The translations under genes and the position numbers were made by a program. Positions 1-9,798 of a DNA stretch of 55,906 nucleotides are shown one piece after another. The stretch is from a virus (Duplodnaviria > Caudoviricetes), in the IMG/VR virus record IMGVR_UViG_3300042395_000266, positions 1-55,906 of that record; one strand, 5' to 3'. Every line of letters starts with the position of its first letter. Position 1 is the first letter of the stretch. The notes beneath the pieces were generated by a model. That model made no database searches and had not been told where the DNA came from. It was given only the letters and a program-made list of their open reading frames with translations.

Positions 1-41
1 TAGAGGCAGACGCGGCCGGCGGTTTGACCCTTTTGCTGGGT

Positions 42-79
42 GAACCCGTGCGCGCGCTTTTCCGAACCCGTGCGCGCGC
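42..79 (+). repeat. 16-bp direct repeat GAACCCGTGCGCGCGC (42-57, 64-79) upstream of terS
   Basis: Two exact copies seen; the position fits a packaging-site element. Confidence 0.6.
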
Positions 80-210
80 GTTGCCGGGCCTGTCCAGTGA
101 CTAGCAATGCACCTGTTCGGTGCATTGCCCCACATTTCCGTCGCGGCTGGAGGCTACGAGGATACCCCGTGGATGACCGAGGCCGGCTGTGGTACATCGC
201 CCTGACTCCT

Positions 211-240
211 TTGCACGACCCCCGCGCCGAAGGCTACTCT
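211..240 (+). promoter_or_regulatory. Putative sigma70-type promoter for the packaging operon
   Basis: TTGCAC-18 nt-TACTCT, 7 nt before the terS ATG. Confidence 0.45.
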
Positions 241-247
241 ACGAGCA

Positions 248-730
248 ATGGTTCGCGGCCCTGCCCCAACGCCGAAGCACATTCTGGCCCTTCGTGGGTC
301 GCCGGAAGCAAACTACCGCGAGGAGTTGGGCACCCCGCTGACCGATCTGCCGCCGCCGCCCGAGTGGCTGCGGCCCGCCGCGAAGACGATGTTCACCCAG
401 GTCTGCGAGCACACCCGTCGAATGGGCACGCTCGCGGAAAGCGACCTCCAAGTCATCGCCCGCTACGCCATCGTGTGGGACAAGTGGCAGACGGCCGAGC
501 GCGAATTGGCAAAGACAGGAGAGTGCTGGCGGGAAGTGCTCGCCCCCGACGGCACGCTTCGGTTCTGCCGGCCCACAAAGTGGCAGGCGCAGAGCGACCA
601 GTGCCACGAGCAACTCCGGCAACTGGAAACAGTCCTTGGCTTGACGCCCGCCGACAGGACGCGACTGGGGTATCACGCCGAGAAGGTCGTGCTCGACCCA
701 ATGGATGAGTTGCTGAAGAAGCGTGGTTGA
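248..730 (+). CDS. Terminase small subunit, P27 family
   Basis: N-term RGPAPTPK..LRG, PPEWL, C-term LGLTPADRTRL; overlaps terL. Confidence 0.9.
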   Translation: MVRGPAPTPKHILALRGSPEANYREELGTPLTDLPPPPEWLRPAAKTMFTQVCEHTRRMGTLAESDLQVIARYAIVWDKWQTAERELAKTGECWREVLAPDGTLRFCRPTKWQAQSDQCHEQLRQLETVLGLTPADRTRLGYHAEKVVLDPMDELLKKRG

Positions 731-2225
731 CATACGCGACTTCGTGGGGTTGCTGAAGCACTCCCGCGGAGACTTTGCCGGGCAGCCGTTTGTGCTGCAA
801 CCCTGGCAGAGCGACTACTTCGACCGCTTGCTCAACACCCGCCGACCCGACGGGCTGCGGCAGTATCGTCGCTCTCTCTTGGCCCTGCCCCGCAAGATGG
901 GCAAGACGCAGATGGCGGCCGCGCTTGGCCTCTACATGACCTTCTGCGACGACATCGGGGCCGAGGTCATCGTCGCGGCCGGCGACCGCTCCCAGGCTTC
1001 GCTCCTGCACACGGCCGCCAAGCAGTTGCTGGAGTCCTGCCCTTCCCTCTCGCGTCGAGCAAAGGTCTACCGCAACTCCATTGTCCTGCCCGAGCGCAAT
1101 GCCTCAATGTTCTGCATTTCCAGCGAGGCCGGGACGAAGCACGGCTACAACCCCTCGTGCGTGCTGGTGGACGAGTATCACGTCTTCCCCGACCGCGAAC
1201 TGGTCGATGTGCTGGAAACAGGCATGGGAGCGCGATCCCAGCCCCTCACCATCTGGATCACGACGGCCGGCACGAACAAAAACGGCCCCTGCTACAAGGA
1301 TTGGGAGCGGGCCGTCCGCGTCCGCGACGGGCTAATCAAGGACGATTCATTCCTTCCCTGCATCTTTGCGGCCGAGCCGGAGGCCGACCCCTTTGTCGAG
1401 GAGACTTGGAAGGCTGCGAATCCGAACTACGGCGTCACCGTGAAGCCAGAATACTTCCGGCAGATGGCCGCCAGGGCGAAGGAATCGGCCAGCGAGGAGG
1501 TCGTTTTCCGCACCTTGCACCTCAACCAGTGGCAGTCGGTGACGACTCGTTGGCTGCGGCACGGTGCCTTTGAGTCGTGCGGCGATCCGCTGCGGCCGAC
1601 GACCGACCGCGTGGCCTACTGCGGCGTCGATTTGGCGAGCACGCAGGACACGACAGCGTTCGTGGCGGTGTGGCCCGACGAGGATGGCACGTTCGACATT
1701 CATGCCCACGTCTTCATCCCCGAGGAGCGCGCCGAAGCAGCATCGAAGACTGATCGCGTGCCGTATCTCCAATGGGCGAAAGAGGGTTTTGTTACACTGA
1801 CAGAAGGCGATATTTGCGATTACGACGCCGTTCGGGACTACGTTCTCTCGTTTTGCGAGAAGAATCGGGTTCGTGCCGTAGCCATCGACCGCTACAACGC
1901 GACCCACCTGACGACGCAGTTGGTGGCCGAGGGAATTGACGTAAGGCCGTATGGGCAGGGTTTTGTGTCGATGAGTTCGCCCAGCAAACTGCTGGAAACA
2001 CTCACAATCGGCAAAAAACTCAGGCACGCCGGCAACCCAGTGCTGACGTGGCAAATGTCGAACGTGCAAATCAAGGTCGATGACGCCGGCAACATCAAGC
2101 CGTCGAAGAAGCACAGCACGTCCACGTCCCGAATCGATAGCGCCGTAGCCCTCATCATGGCGCTTGGTATCGCCAGCGGCGAGGCCAGACAGGCCGACGA
2201 TGACCCACAACTGCTGGTGTTTTGA
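723..2225 (+). CDS. terL: Terminase large subunit
   Basis: Walker A PRKMGKT, Walker B VLVDEYH, ITTAG, nuclease GVDLAS and RIDSAVALIMA. Confidence 0.97.
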   Translation: MVDIRDFVGLLKHSRGDFAGQPFVLQPWQSDYFDRLLNTRRPDGLRQYRRSLLALPRKMGKTQMAAALGLYMTFCDDIGAEVIVAAGDRSQASLLHTAAKQLLESCPSLSRRAKVYRNSIVLPERNASMFCISSEAGTKHGYNPSCVLVDEYHVFPDRELVDVLETGMGARSQPLTIWITTAGTNKNGPCYKDWERAVRVRDGLIKDDSFLPCIFAAEPEADPFVEETWKAANPNYGVTVKPEYFRQMAARAKESASEEVVFRTLHLNQWQSVTTRWLRHGAFESCGDPLRPTTDRVAYCGVDLASTQDTTAFVAVWPDEDGTFDIHAHVFIPEERAEAASKTDRVPYLQWAKEGFVTLTEGDICDYDAVRDYVLSFCEKNRVRAVAIDRYNATHLTTQLVAEGIDVRPYGQGFVSMSSPSKLLETLTIGKKLRHAGNPVLTWQMSNVQIKVDDAGNIKPSKKHSTSTSRIDSAVALIMALGIASGEARQADDDPQLLVF

Positions 2226-3907
2226 TGGCTACCGACGCGGACAATGCCTACCCTGGCGACGTGCTTGAACTCCGCGGGAACATCTCCCGCATCTTTGAGG
2301 AGATCGTCAACACCCGGCGAACGGCGGCCGGCGTCACGGTCAGCCCCGAAACCGCCCTGGAGTGCAGTGCCGTCCTCGCCTGCGTCCGCGTCCTGTCGGA
2401 GTCGCTGGCGGCCATGCCGCTCAACGTCTACCGGCGGCTCCGCGACGGCGGCAAGGAGATCGCGGAAGAACAGCACTTGCAGGAAATCCTGGCCTACCAG
2501 CCCAACTCGTGGCAGACGGCGTTTGAGTTCAAGGAACTCATGCAGTCTTGGCTGCTGCTGTGGGGCAACGCCTACGCCTACATCAAGGGCAGCAGCACGC
2601 ACGGTGCCGTGTCCGAGTTGATCCCGCTTCATCCGTCGAGGATGGAGACGAAGCGGCTTTCCAACGGCAAACTCCGCTACTACTACACCGAGCCGACGAC
2701 GCCCACGCAGCCGGAAGTGAAGATCACCGAGTATCGGCAGGACGAAATTTTTCATATGAGGTGGCTCTCGTCTGACGGGGTGACAGGATTTGTGCCCACG
2801 ACCCTCTCCCGCGATGCCATCGCCCTCGCCAGGGCGACGGAACTGCACTCCAGCGCCTACTTCGGCAACGGCGCGAAGTCAGGCACGGTCATCGAAACCG
2901 ATCAGCCGCACAAGCCCGAAGCGCTGGCCCGCTTCAAGGCCCAGTGGGATGAGGCGCATCGCGGCCCCGACAAGGCATACAAGACGGTCGTGATGCCCTT
3001 CGGCTTCAAGAAGAAGGACGATCCCGTCAGGAACGATACGTCGCAACTCATTGAGACACGCCGCTACCAGTGCGAGGAGGTGGCGCGGGTCTACCGAGTT
3101 CCGGCCTCGCTTTTGGGCGATTTGACGAACGTGCGTTACAGCACGGTCGAGCAGTCGGCCATCGACTTCGTCACGTTCTCGCTGATTCCGTGGTGCCGGC
3201 GCTGGGAGCAAGCCTGCCGCCGCGACCTCGTGGTCGATGATAAGACCTATTTCGTGGCCTACGACGTGAATTCGCTGATGGCCGGCGACTACGCTGCTCG
3301 TTCGCAGTTCCTGCGGGAAATGTGGAACATGGGCGCCATCGACATCGATGAACTGCGGTCGCAGATCGGCTACAACCCGCTGCCGAACGGCGAGGGGAAG
3401 AAGCGATTCGTACAGGTCAACATGCAGTTGCTGTCGGCCTTTACCCCCGACAACCCGACCGCGGCCTCGACCACCGCCGCGGCCCCTCCAGACGCTGGCG
3501 GGCAACCGCCAAGGCCATCAGAGGGCGAAGACACGCCGACGGGCTTGGGCGACGTGCAGCCGTCCACTGGCGCCGCAAGCACAGAACCGCGGTCATCGGA
3601 GGCCGCCGAGGTCGTCTTCCGCACCGCCCTGCGTCGGATCGCCGCCGTCGAGGCCGACGGTGTCCTTGAGCGCCGCAAGAATCCCGAGAAGTTGGGCCAG
3701 TGGCTCGACCAGATTCAGTCTCGGATGCGAGAAGAACTGAAGGATGCTGCCCAGGCTACCGGCCGCGACATCGATGCGTTCGTGGTAACGTGGAATCAGC
3801 GATCCCGTGACCTCTTGCTGGACTGCCACCGGAGCGGCCAGAAGTACGAAACGGCCACCGAAGGATGGTGCGACAAGCACCTAGACGACCATGCCGCAGC
3901 CCGATAA
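2222..3907 (+). CDS. HK97-family portal protein with C-terminal extension
   Basis: SAVLACV..LS, LLLWGNAY, EIFHMR, VARVYRVP, DELRSQIGYNPL. Confidence 0.95.
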   Translation: MMATDADNAYPGDVLELRGNISRIFEEIVNTRRTAAGVTVSPETALECSAVLACVRVLSESLAAMPLNVYRRLRDGGKEIAEEQHLQEILAYQPNSWQTAFEFKELMQSWLLLWGNAYAYIKGSSTHGAVSELIPLHPSRMETKRLSNGKLRYYYTEPTTPTQPEVKITEYRQDEIFHMRWLSSDGVTGFVPTTLSRDAIALARATELHSSAYFGNGAKSGTVIETDQPHKPEALARFKAQWDEAHRGPDKAYKTVVMPFGFKKKDDPVRNDTSQLIETRRYQCEEVARVYRVPASLLGDLTNVRYSTVEQSAIDFVTFSLIPWCRRWEQACRRDLVVDDKTYFVAYDVNSLMAGDYAARSQFLREMWNMGAIDIDELRSQIGYNPLPNGEGKKRFVQVNMQLLSAFTPDNPTAASTTAAAPPDAGGQPPRPSEGEDTPTGLGDVQPSTGAASTEPRSSEAAEVVFRTALRRIAAVEADGVLERRKNPEKLGQWLDQIQSRMREELKDAAQATGRDIDAFVVTWNQRSRDLLLDCHRSGQKYETATEGWCDKHLDDHAAAR

Positions 3908-5546
3908 CGAAGGTCTGACCACGAGTCGAACCGACATTGAGCGCCGGATCACGCTTTCCGAGGCGACTGTCGAGTATCGGGACGTTGACGGCGAGAAGCG
4001 GCCGGTTATTTCCGGCTACGCCGCCGTCTTCAACACCGAAAGCAGGGTTTTGAGCGGTTTTGTCGAGACAATCGCGCCGACTGCCTTCGATGACGTGCTC
4101 GCGACGAACCCCGACGTGATTGGGTGCTTCAATCACGACAAAAACATGCTCCTGGGCCGCACCGCCAATGGCACCATGACGCTGCGGAACGATGGATACG
4201 GCCTTCGCTACGAGATCACGCCCAACCCGAACACGTCAGTCGGCCGCGACGTTGTCGAATGGGTGAAAGATCGCACGGTCGTCGGCTCGTCCTTCGCGTT
4301 TTCGATCAAGAAAGACGGCACCGGCGACTCGTGGACGACCGATCCTCGCGGCTTTCGCAAGCGCGAGGTGCGTTCGGTGGCGATGCTGGAGGACTGCGGC
4401 CCCGTGGTCAGGCCCGCATACGCCTCATCCAGCGTCGTGGTGAGCCGCAGGGCCATCGAAATGGCCCTTGGGGACAACTATCGCCCGAACCAGACGATGG
4501 CGAACGCCGCCAAGCGCGGCCTGAAACTGGTCAGCAAGCACACCGAAATCGACGGCGTTTTGACCGGCATTGCCGAGCGGATCGCGGCCCGCGAGGTCGT
4601 GTGCGTCGAGGAAGCGCTGTATCTGGCCGGCGTTCACGAGCGCTGCGCGGCCGCCAAGGCCGACAACTGGGCCGGCACGCCCGCCTGGGTCGAGTATCAG
4701 TTGGCCGGCGGCGGCTCCGGCAGGAAGTGGCTTGAGCGTCGGACGCAGGGCGAGCAAGGGCACGCCGAGATCGCCGCGTCGGCCCCCGAGCCGGCCGCCG
4801 TCGAGACTCGCGACAGCGATGTGAACCTCCGGCCGACCGCCGGCATGGCTGCCGCCTGCCGCCGCGGCCTGAAACTCTACGAGGATGGCCGCGGAGGCGA
4901 CGGCCTCGTCTCGGCCACGGTCGCGTGGGCGCGAAAGATCGCCGCCAGAGAGCCGCTGACGAAGGAAAAAGTCGTCAAGATGGCCGCGTGGCACGCTCGC
5001 CACAAGGTGGACAAGAGGCCCGGCTGGGACAAACCCGGCGAGGAATCCCCCGGTTTCGTAGCGTTTTTGCTGTGGGCGGGCGCTGCCGGCCGGCGATGGA
5101 GTGCCTCCAAGGTGGCCGAACTTCGCCGTGCCGGCGAGGCTCGTGACATGGATGGCATGGACGACGACTACGAAGTGGGGCTATCGGAGCGCGACATCGC
5201 CACCGCCGAGTCCTACGAAGCAATCGCGGAGGAAATGGGCCAGTGGTCGCAGGCCGAGTCGCACTACATCGCAGAAAGCCCGTTCGGTCAGATCGCCTGC
5301 AAGAACTGCGTGTTCTTTGAAGGCGAGGGCCGCTGCTACATCGTGGCGGGAGACATCGCGCCTGACGCGGTGTGCAAGTTGTGGATCATCCCTGACGGCG
5401 CCCGCTCGCAGCCCGAGGCCGAAGCGGTCGAGCAGAAGTCGGCGCCCGAGTTGCCGGCGCCGGGGATCGACTACGCCGGCGCCGCAGCAGCGCTCAAGGC
5501 AAAATTGCTGACGACTTGGTTGCACGGCAGCACGTCAGCGTCGTAG
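3891..5546 (+). CDS. HK97-type prohead protease with extra C-terminal domains
   Basis: ISGYAAVFN, FNHD..LLGRT, GSSFAF, PAY motifs in the first ~180 aa. Confidence 0.92.
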   Translation: MPQPDNEGLTTSRTDIERRITLSEATVEYRDVDGEKRPVISGYAAVFNTESRVLSGFVETIAPTAFDDVLATNPDVIGCFNHDKNMLLGRTANGTMTLRNDGYGLRYEITPNPNTSVGRDVVEWVKDRTVVGSSFAFSIKKDGTGDSWTTDPRGFRKREVRSVAMLEDCGPVVRPAYASSSVVVSRRAIEMALGDNYRPNQTMANAAKRGLKLVSKHTEIDGVLTGIAERIAAREVVCVEEALYLAGVHERCAAAKADNWAGTPAWVEYQLAGGGSGRKWLERRTQGEQGHAEIAASAPEPAAVETRDSDVNLRPTAGMAAACRRGLKLYEDGRGGDGLVSATVAWARKIAAREPLTKEKVVKMAAWHARHKVDKRPGWDKPGEESPGFVAFLLWAGAAGRRWSASKVAELRRAGEARDMDGMDDDYEVGLSERDIATAESYEAIAEEMGQWSQAESHYIAESPFGQIACKNCVFFEGEGRCYIVAGDIAPDAVCKLWIIPDGARSQPEAEAVEQKSAPELPAPGIDYAGAAAALKAKLLTTWLHGSTSAS

Positions 5547-5549
5547 GCT
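5520..5549 (+). promoter_or_regulatory. Putative capsid gene promoter
   Basis: TTGCAC-18 nt-TAGGCT upstream of a structured ~140-nt leader. Confidence 0.45.
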
Positions 5550-5694
5550 ACAAGAGTAGACATTGCCTTGCGACGGAAGTCGCAGGGAGCAGTGCGAGTG
5601 ACCAGGGGATTCTGGTCGCGGCGTGCTTGCGGGAATCACCCGCCGGCCGCCGCATTTGTTCGCGTTGGCCGGCTCAACAAGGAGCAGGGCCAAC

Positions 5695-7044
5695 ATGGCG
5701 AGCAATCTCAAGCGACTTCAGGATCGTGCCGCGGCCGTCGCCGCGCAGATGGCGGAACTGGCCGCTGTCGAGGAGCGTTCCGAGGCGCAGACCGCCGACC
5801 TCGTGCGGCTGTCGAAGGAGGCCGACGACCTCAAGGCGGGCCTCGACTTTGAGGCGAAGATCGCCGCCAAGGAAGCCGAACTCCGTTCGGTGACCGAGAA
5901 GGCCGCCCCGGCCCCGGCCCCCGTGGCCGAGGTGAAGGCCGAGGACAAGAAGCCCGTCGAGATTCGTTCGCTCTCCACCCATCACTCCCAGTTGACCGCG
6001 TTCAACGATGGCCCCGAGGCCGTCGAGAGCGCCTACCGCTGCGGCCGGTGGCTGCGGGCGCATGTGTTCAAGAACGCGGACGACCTGCGGTGGTGCAAAG
6101 ATCACGGCGTCGAAAGCCGTGCCCTTGGCGAGAACAGCAACTCGTCGGGTGGCGCTCTGGTGCCCGAGGAGTTCGCGAACCGCGTGATCCGGCTGGTCGA
6201 GAACTACGGCACGTTCGCCAATTCCAACGTCGAGAAGATCAACATGACGCGGGACACGATGGTGATCCCCAAGCGTATCACCGGAACGTCGGCCTACTTC
6301 GTGGGCGAAGGGACGGCAGTCAGCGAGTCGGAGCCGACCTACGCGAACGTGCAACTGGTCGCCAAGAAGTTGGCGGTCGGCACCCGCATGTCGAGCGAGG
6401 TGGTCGAGGATGCTCTGATTTCGCTGGCTGACGCTGTGGCGAACGAGTTCGCGACTTCGCTCAGTTACAAACAGGACTTGTGCGGCTGGAACGGCGACGG
6501 CACGAGCCAGTACGGCGGAATTCGCGGCCTCGTCACGCAGATCAACGACGGGACTCACACCGCCGCGGTGCAGACGGCTTCGGCCGGTGCCACCGGGTTT
6601 GAGACTCTGACCGTGACGGACTTCATCCGTCTGATCGGCAAGATGCCCCTCTACGCCCGCCAGGGTGCCGAGTGGTACATCAGCCCGGCCGGCTTCGCGG
6701 CCTCGATGGCCCGCCTCCGCTACGCGGCCGGCGGTAACACCATCGAAAGCCTGGGCGGTGGCGCCAGCGAGAGTTTCCTTGGCTTCAAGGTGAACCTCGT
6801 TCACGTCATGGACACGACGCTGGGCGCCGACGCCAGCAAGATCAAGGTGCTGTTCGGGAACCTGGGGCTGTCGAGCATCTACGCTCGTCGGCGTGACTTC
6901 TCGGTGCGGATGTACGACCAAGTGTACGCCACGACCGATCAGTTGCTCCTCCAGGGCACCATGCGTTTCGACATCGTTCACCACTCGCTTGGCGACAACA
7001 CGACGCCCGGCCCGGTGCTGGCCCTCAAGACCGCTGCCTCGTGA
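5695..7044 (+). CDS. Major capsid protein, HK97 fold with N-terminal coiled scaffold domain
   Basis: SD AAGGAG before ATG 5695; GGALVPEE, AYFVGEG, NGDGT motifs. Confidence 0.95.
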   Translation: MASNLKRLQDRAAAVAAQMAELAAVEERSEAQTADLVRLSKEADDLKAGLDFEAKIAAKEAELRSVTEKAAPAPAPVAEVKAEDKKPVEIRSLSTHHSQLTAFNDGPEAVESAYRCGRWLRAHVFKNADDLRWCKDHGVESRALGENSNSSGGALVPEEFANRVIRLVENYGTFANSNVEKINMTRDTMVIPKRITGTSAYFVGEGTAVSESEPTYANVQLVAKKLAVGTRMSSEVVEDALISLADAVANEFATSLSYKQDLCGWNGDGTSQYGGIRGLVTQINDGTHTAAVQTASAGATGFETLTVTDFIRLIGKMPLYARQGAEWYISPAGFAASMARLRYAAGGNTIESLGGGASESFLGFKVNLVHVMDTTLGADASKIKVLFGNLGLSSIYARRRDFSVRMYDQVYATTDQLLLQGTMRFDIVHHSLGDNTTPGPVLALKTAAS

Positions 7045-7077
7045 TCGTGAAGCCACCAACAAGGAGAAACTAGAACC

Positions 7078-7500
7078 ATGATTCATTCGCAGATGGAGAA
7101 AGTGGTGGCCGCTGTCCCCACGGCAGTCGGCACCAGCGCCGTGACCCTGACCATCGACACGCTGGGCTATGACTACGCCAGCGTGGCGGTGCTGCGGGCC
7201 AGCAACGCCAGCACGGTGTTCGCCAGCGTGCTCAAGATTGAGGAGTCAGACGACGACTCGTCCTACTCCGCGGTCGCCGGCATGACCGGCGGCACTGACT
7301 TCACGATCCCCACGGCTCCCACCGCCGTGGCGTCCATCGTGAAGTTGGACGTGGATGCGAAGTCGAAGAAGCGCTACCTCAAGGTCACGGCGACTCCGGC
7401 GGTGTCCGTCAACACGGCGGTCACGGCTCGTCTGTCCCGCGGCGAGAACGCTCCGTCGTCTGCGTCCGAGGCCGGCGTCATCGGCTGGGTCAAGGGCTGA
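7078..7500 (+). CDS. Putative head decoration protein
   Basis: Follows the capsid gene; IDTLGYD, EESDD, KRYLKV beta-rich pattern; strong SD. Confidence 0.6.
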   Translation: MIHSQMEKVVAAVPTAVGTSAVTLTIDTLGYDYASVAVLRASNASTVFASVLKIEESDDDSSYSAVAGMTGGTDFTIPTAPTAVASIVKLDVDAKSKKRYLKVTATPAVSVNTAVTARLSRGENAPSSASEAGVIGWVKG

Positions 7501-7576
7501 TCCCGTACAAGCGGGACGGCCATGACGGCCGACGAAGGCGCAAGGATGCGCGCCCGCTCCACACAAGGAGCGAAAC

Positions 7577-8305
7577 GTGCTGCTGCGTATTGGTGGTGTA
7601 GAAGCGGAGGTCAAGGTCGCGGCGGTGATGAGCACCCCGCGCCTGACCTTCTCTGACAACTTCTTCTGCGTGGCGGCCGCTCTGGCCCCGCACGGCATCG
7701 CGCCCACCAAAATCTGCGGGGCGTTTTGGGGGCAGACGCTTCAGAGAGTGATGGAAACCGTCATTGAGGAAAATGACGTGATCCTGACCTTTGATTACGA
7801 CACGATTTTCAACGCCCGCACGGTCGAGGCGCTTCTGGCCTTGCTCATGCACTCAGGCGTTGACGCCATCGCGCCGCTACAGACCAAGCGCGAGGCCAAC
7901 ACGGTGATGTTCGCCAAGGCGGGGGTGTCGCTGGAGGAACATTCCAGCGTCGAGGACAATTGGTTCGCCAAGCCCGTCCAGCGAGTCGAGACGGCTCACT
8001 TCGGCTGCACGTTCCTTCGCACCGAAGCCCTCAAGAAGATGCCGAAGCCGTGGTTTCTGGCCCAGCCCAACGAAAAGGGCATGTGGGACGGGGGCCACTG
8101 CGAAGAAGACATATTTTTCTGGCGCCAGTGGGCCAAGGCTGGCAACACGCTGGGCATCGCCACGAACATCAGCGTGGGCCACGCCGAACTGATGATTACT
8201 TGGCCCAGCCGCGCGAATCCGCAGTGCAAGGTGCATCAGCACACCACTGACTACTGGACGAACGGGCAGAAGTCGCCCGAGGACGCCTGGGGGCGGGTGA
8301 CATGA
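7577..8305 (+). CDS. GT-A/GT2-like glycosyltransferase
   Basis: DYD (DxD) motif, HFGCTFLR, PWF, EEDIFF, VGH. Confidence 0.7.
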   Translation: MLLRIGGVEAEVKVAAVMSTPRLTFSDNFFCVAAALAPHGIAPTKICGAFWGQTLQRVMETVIEENDVILTFDYDTIFNARTVEALLALLMHSGVDAIAPLQTKREANTVMFAKAGVSLEEHSSVEDNWFAKPVQRVETAHFGCTFLRTEALKKMPKPWFLAQPNEKGMWDGGHCEEDIFFWRQWAKAGNTLGIATNISVGHAELMITWPSRANPQCKVHQHTTDYWTNGQKSPEDAWGRVT

Positions 8306-8508
8306 AAATTCGCGTGCTCCACAACTTCGGGAACTACGAAGCCGGCCAAGTGTTTGAGGATTGGCCCGGCGGCATGTGCGACATCTTCATCCGCAAGGGG
8401 CTGATCGCGGCGGTTGACGAGCACGAGGAGCGTGCCGTCGAGACTGCGGACGAAGACAGGGACGTTGAGCGGGCGGATGCCGCTCCCAAACACAAGAGGA
8501 AGCGGTAG
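8302..8508 (+). CDS. Small head-associated protein
   Basis: ATGA overlap; MKIRVL...YEAGQV..LIRKGLI-type pattern. Confidence 0.6.
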   Translation: MKIRVLHNFGNYEAGQVFEDWPGGMCDIFIRKGLIAAVDEHEERAVETADEDRDVERADAAPKHKRKR

Positions 8509-8510
8509 TC

Positions 8511-9152
8511 ATGGATCAGATCGTTTTCGGAACGCCCCAGCGGCCCACGTCTTCGATCACCCCGTATCGAAGCCTCGTGAGGGTCAGCGGCCCGTCTGCC
8601 GAGCCGGTGACGCTCGCCCAGGCCAAGGCGCAGTGCCGCGTCGATACCACCGACTCCGACGACTACATCACCTCGCTCATTCAGTGCGGCAGGGTCTACG
8701 TCGAGGACGTGCTGGAACTAACGCTGATGACCAGCGTGTGGGAAGCACGCTACGACCTGTTTCCCGTGTGGGCCATCATCCTGCCCAGGATGCCGATGCT
8801 GAACGCCCCCGTCACGGTCACCTACCGGAACGGCGATGGCACACATTCGACGCTGACGAGCGCGGCCAATGACTTTCAGGTGGACTATCGCGTCATGCCC
8901 GGCCGTATCTATCCGCAGTGGGCCACGGCGTGGCCGCCGACTCGCGGCGACGAGAACTCCGTCACCGTGCAGTATTCAGCCGGATACGGCGCTACGGCCG
9001 CGGACGTGCCGCCGCCCGCCAAGTTGCTGATCCTCGCCCTCGTCGCCCACTGGTTCGACACGCGGCAGCCGGCAGTTGTCGGCAGTATGACTTCGACGCC
9101 TTACATGTTCGACACGCTGCTGGCCGCCTCCGGCCTGGGAGTCTACCGATGA
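8511..9152 (+). CDS. Head-tail connector (gp6/phiE125 gp8-like)
   Basis: EPVTLAQAKAQCRVD, VQYSAGYG, VAHWFDTR. Confidence 0.9.
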   Translation: MDQIVFGTPQRPTSSITPYRSLVRVSGPSAEPVTLAQAKAQCRVDTTDSDDYITSLIQCGRVYVEDVLELTLMTSVWEARYDLFPVWAIILPRMPMLNAPVTVTYRNGDGTHSTLTSAANDFQVDYRVMPGRIYPQWATAWPPTRGDENSVTVQYSAGYGATAADVPPPAKLLILALVAHWFDTRQPAVVGSMTSTPYMFDTLLAASGLGVYR

Positions 9153-9478
9153 CCGTCCGTGCCCGCGTTGACGTTGACGTTGTATTTCAGGATGCCACAG
9201 CCACGACGCTGACCATCGGCACGCTGTCCGACCACGTTTCGACCTCTCCGCTGGCCGCGGTGGCCCTGACGGCGACGTGTACGACGGCTGCCGTGGCGAT
9301 CACCGGCCCGGCCACGCTCTCGACGCTCGTCATCAAGAACACAGGCGCCGGCCCGCTCCGCGTGGCCGGCGGCCTCGACGTGACCGCCGACAGGGTGGCC
9401 GTCCTGCCGACGACCGCCACGGTTACGGTCGCGGCCGTGGCCGGAACTGGATCGTACTCCTGCGTGTGGGTGGGCTAG
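9149..9478 (+). CDS. Hypothetical virion protein
   Basis: ATGA overlap with the connector; Thr/Val-rich beta protein. Confidence 0.6.
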   Translation: MTVRARVDVDVVFQDATATTLTIGTLSDHVSTSPLAAVALTATCTTAAVAITGPATLSTLVIKNTGAGPLRVAGGLDVTADRVAVLPTTATVTVAAVAGTGSYSCVWVG

Positions 9479-9798
9479 TGATCGTTTCCGGCCTCATGCG
9501 CGAGCGCGTGACCATCCTCGCCCCGGCGACGGACGAGCAGTCCACGCTGGGCGCGGCCGTGGTGCCGTTTGTGCCGGCCGGCACGGTATGGGCCAGCGTC
9601 CAGGGTCTTTCAGCCCGCGAAACCCTCCAGGCGCAGCAGGCCAACGCGATCATCACACACAAGGTACGGATTCGGTTCTTCCCCGGCATCACGCACCAGC
9701 ACCGCCTGTCCTGGCGGGGGCGGATGATGGAGATCGTGAGCGTCATGGAGCGGGAAGTTCGCACCGTGCACGAAATCATGGCGAGAGAGGTGGAGTGA
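9478..9798 (+). CDS. Head closure / head-tail adaptor (SPP1 gp16-like)
   Basis: GLMRERVTI, VWASV, THKVRIRF motifs. Confidence 0.85.
   Translation: MIVSGLMRERVTILAPATDEQSTLGAAVVPFVPAGTVWASVQGLSARETLQAQQANAIITHKVRIRFFPGITHQHRLSWRGRMMEIVSVMEREVRTVHEIMAREVE

Noticed and set aside
5674-7086. Long antisense ORFs (also 31021..32568, 52574..54094 and others)
   Set aside because: Shadows of real genes in high-GC DNA, with no motifs.
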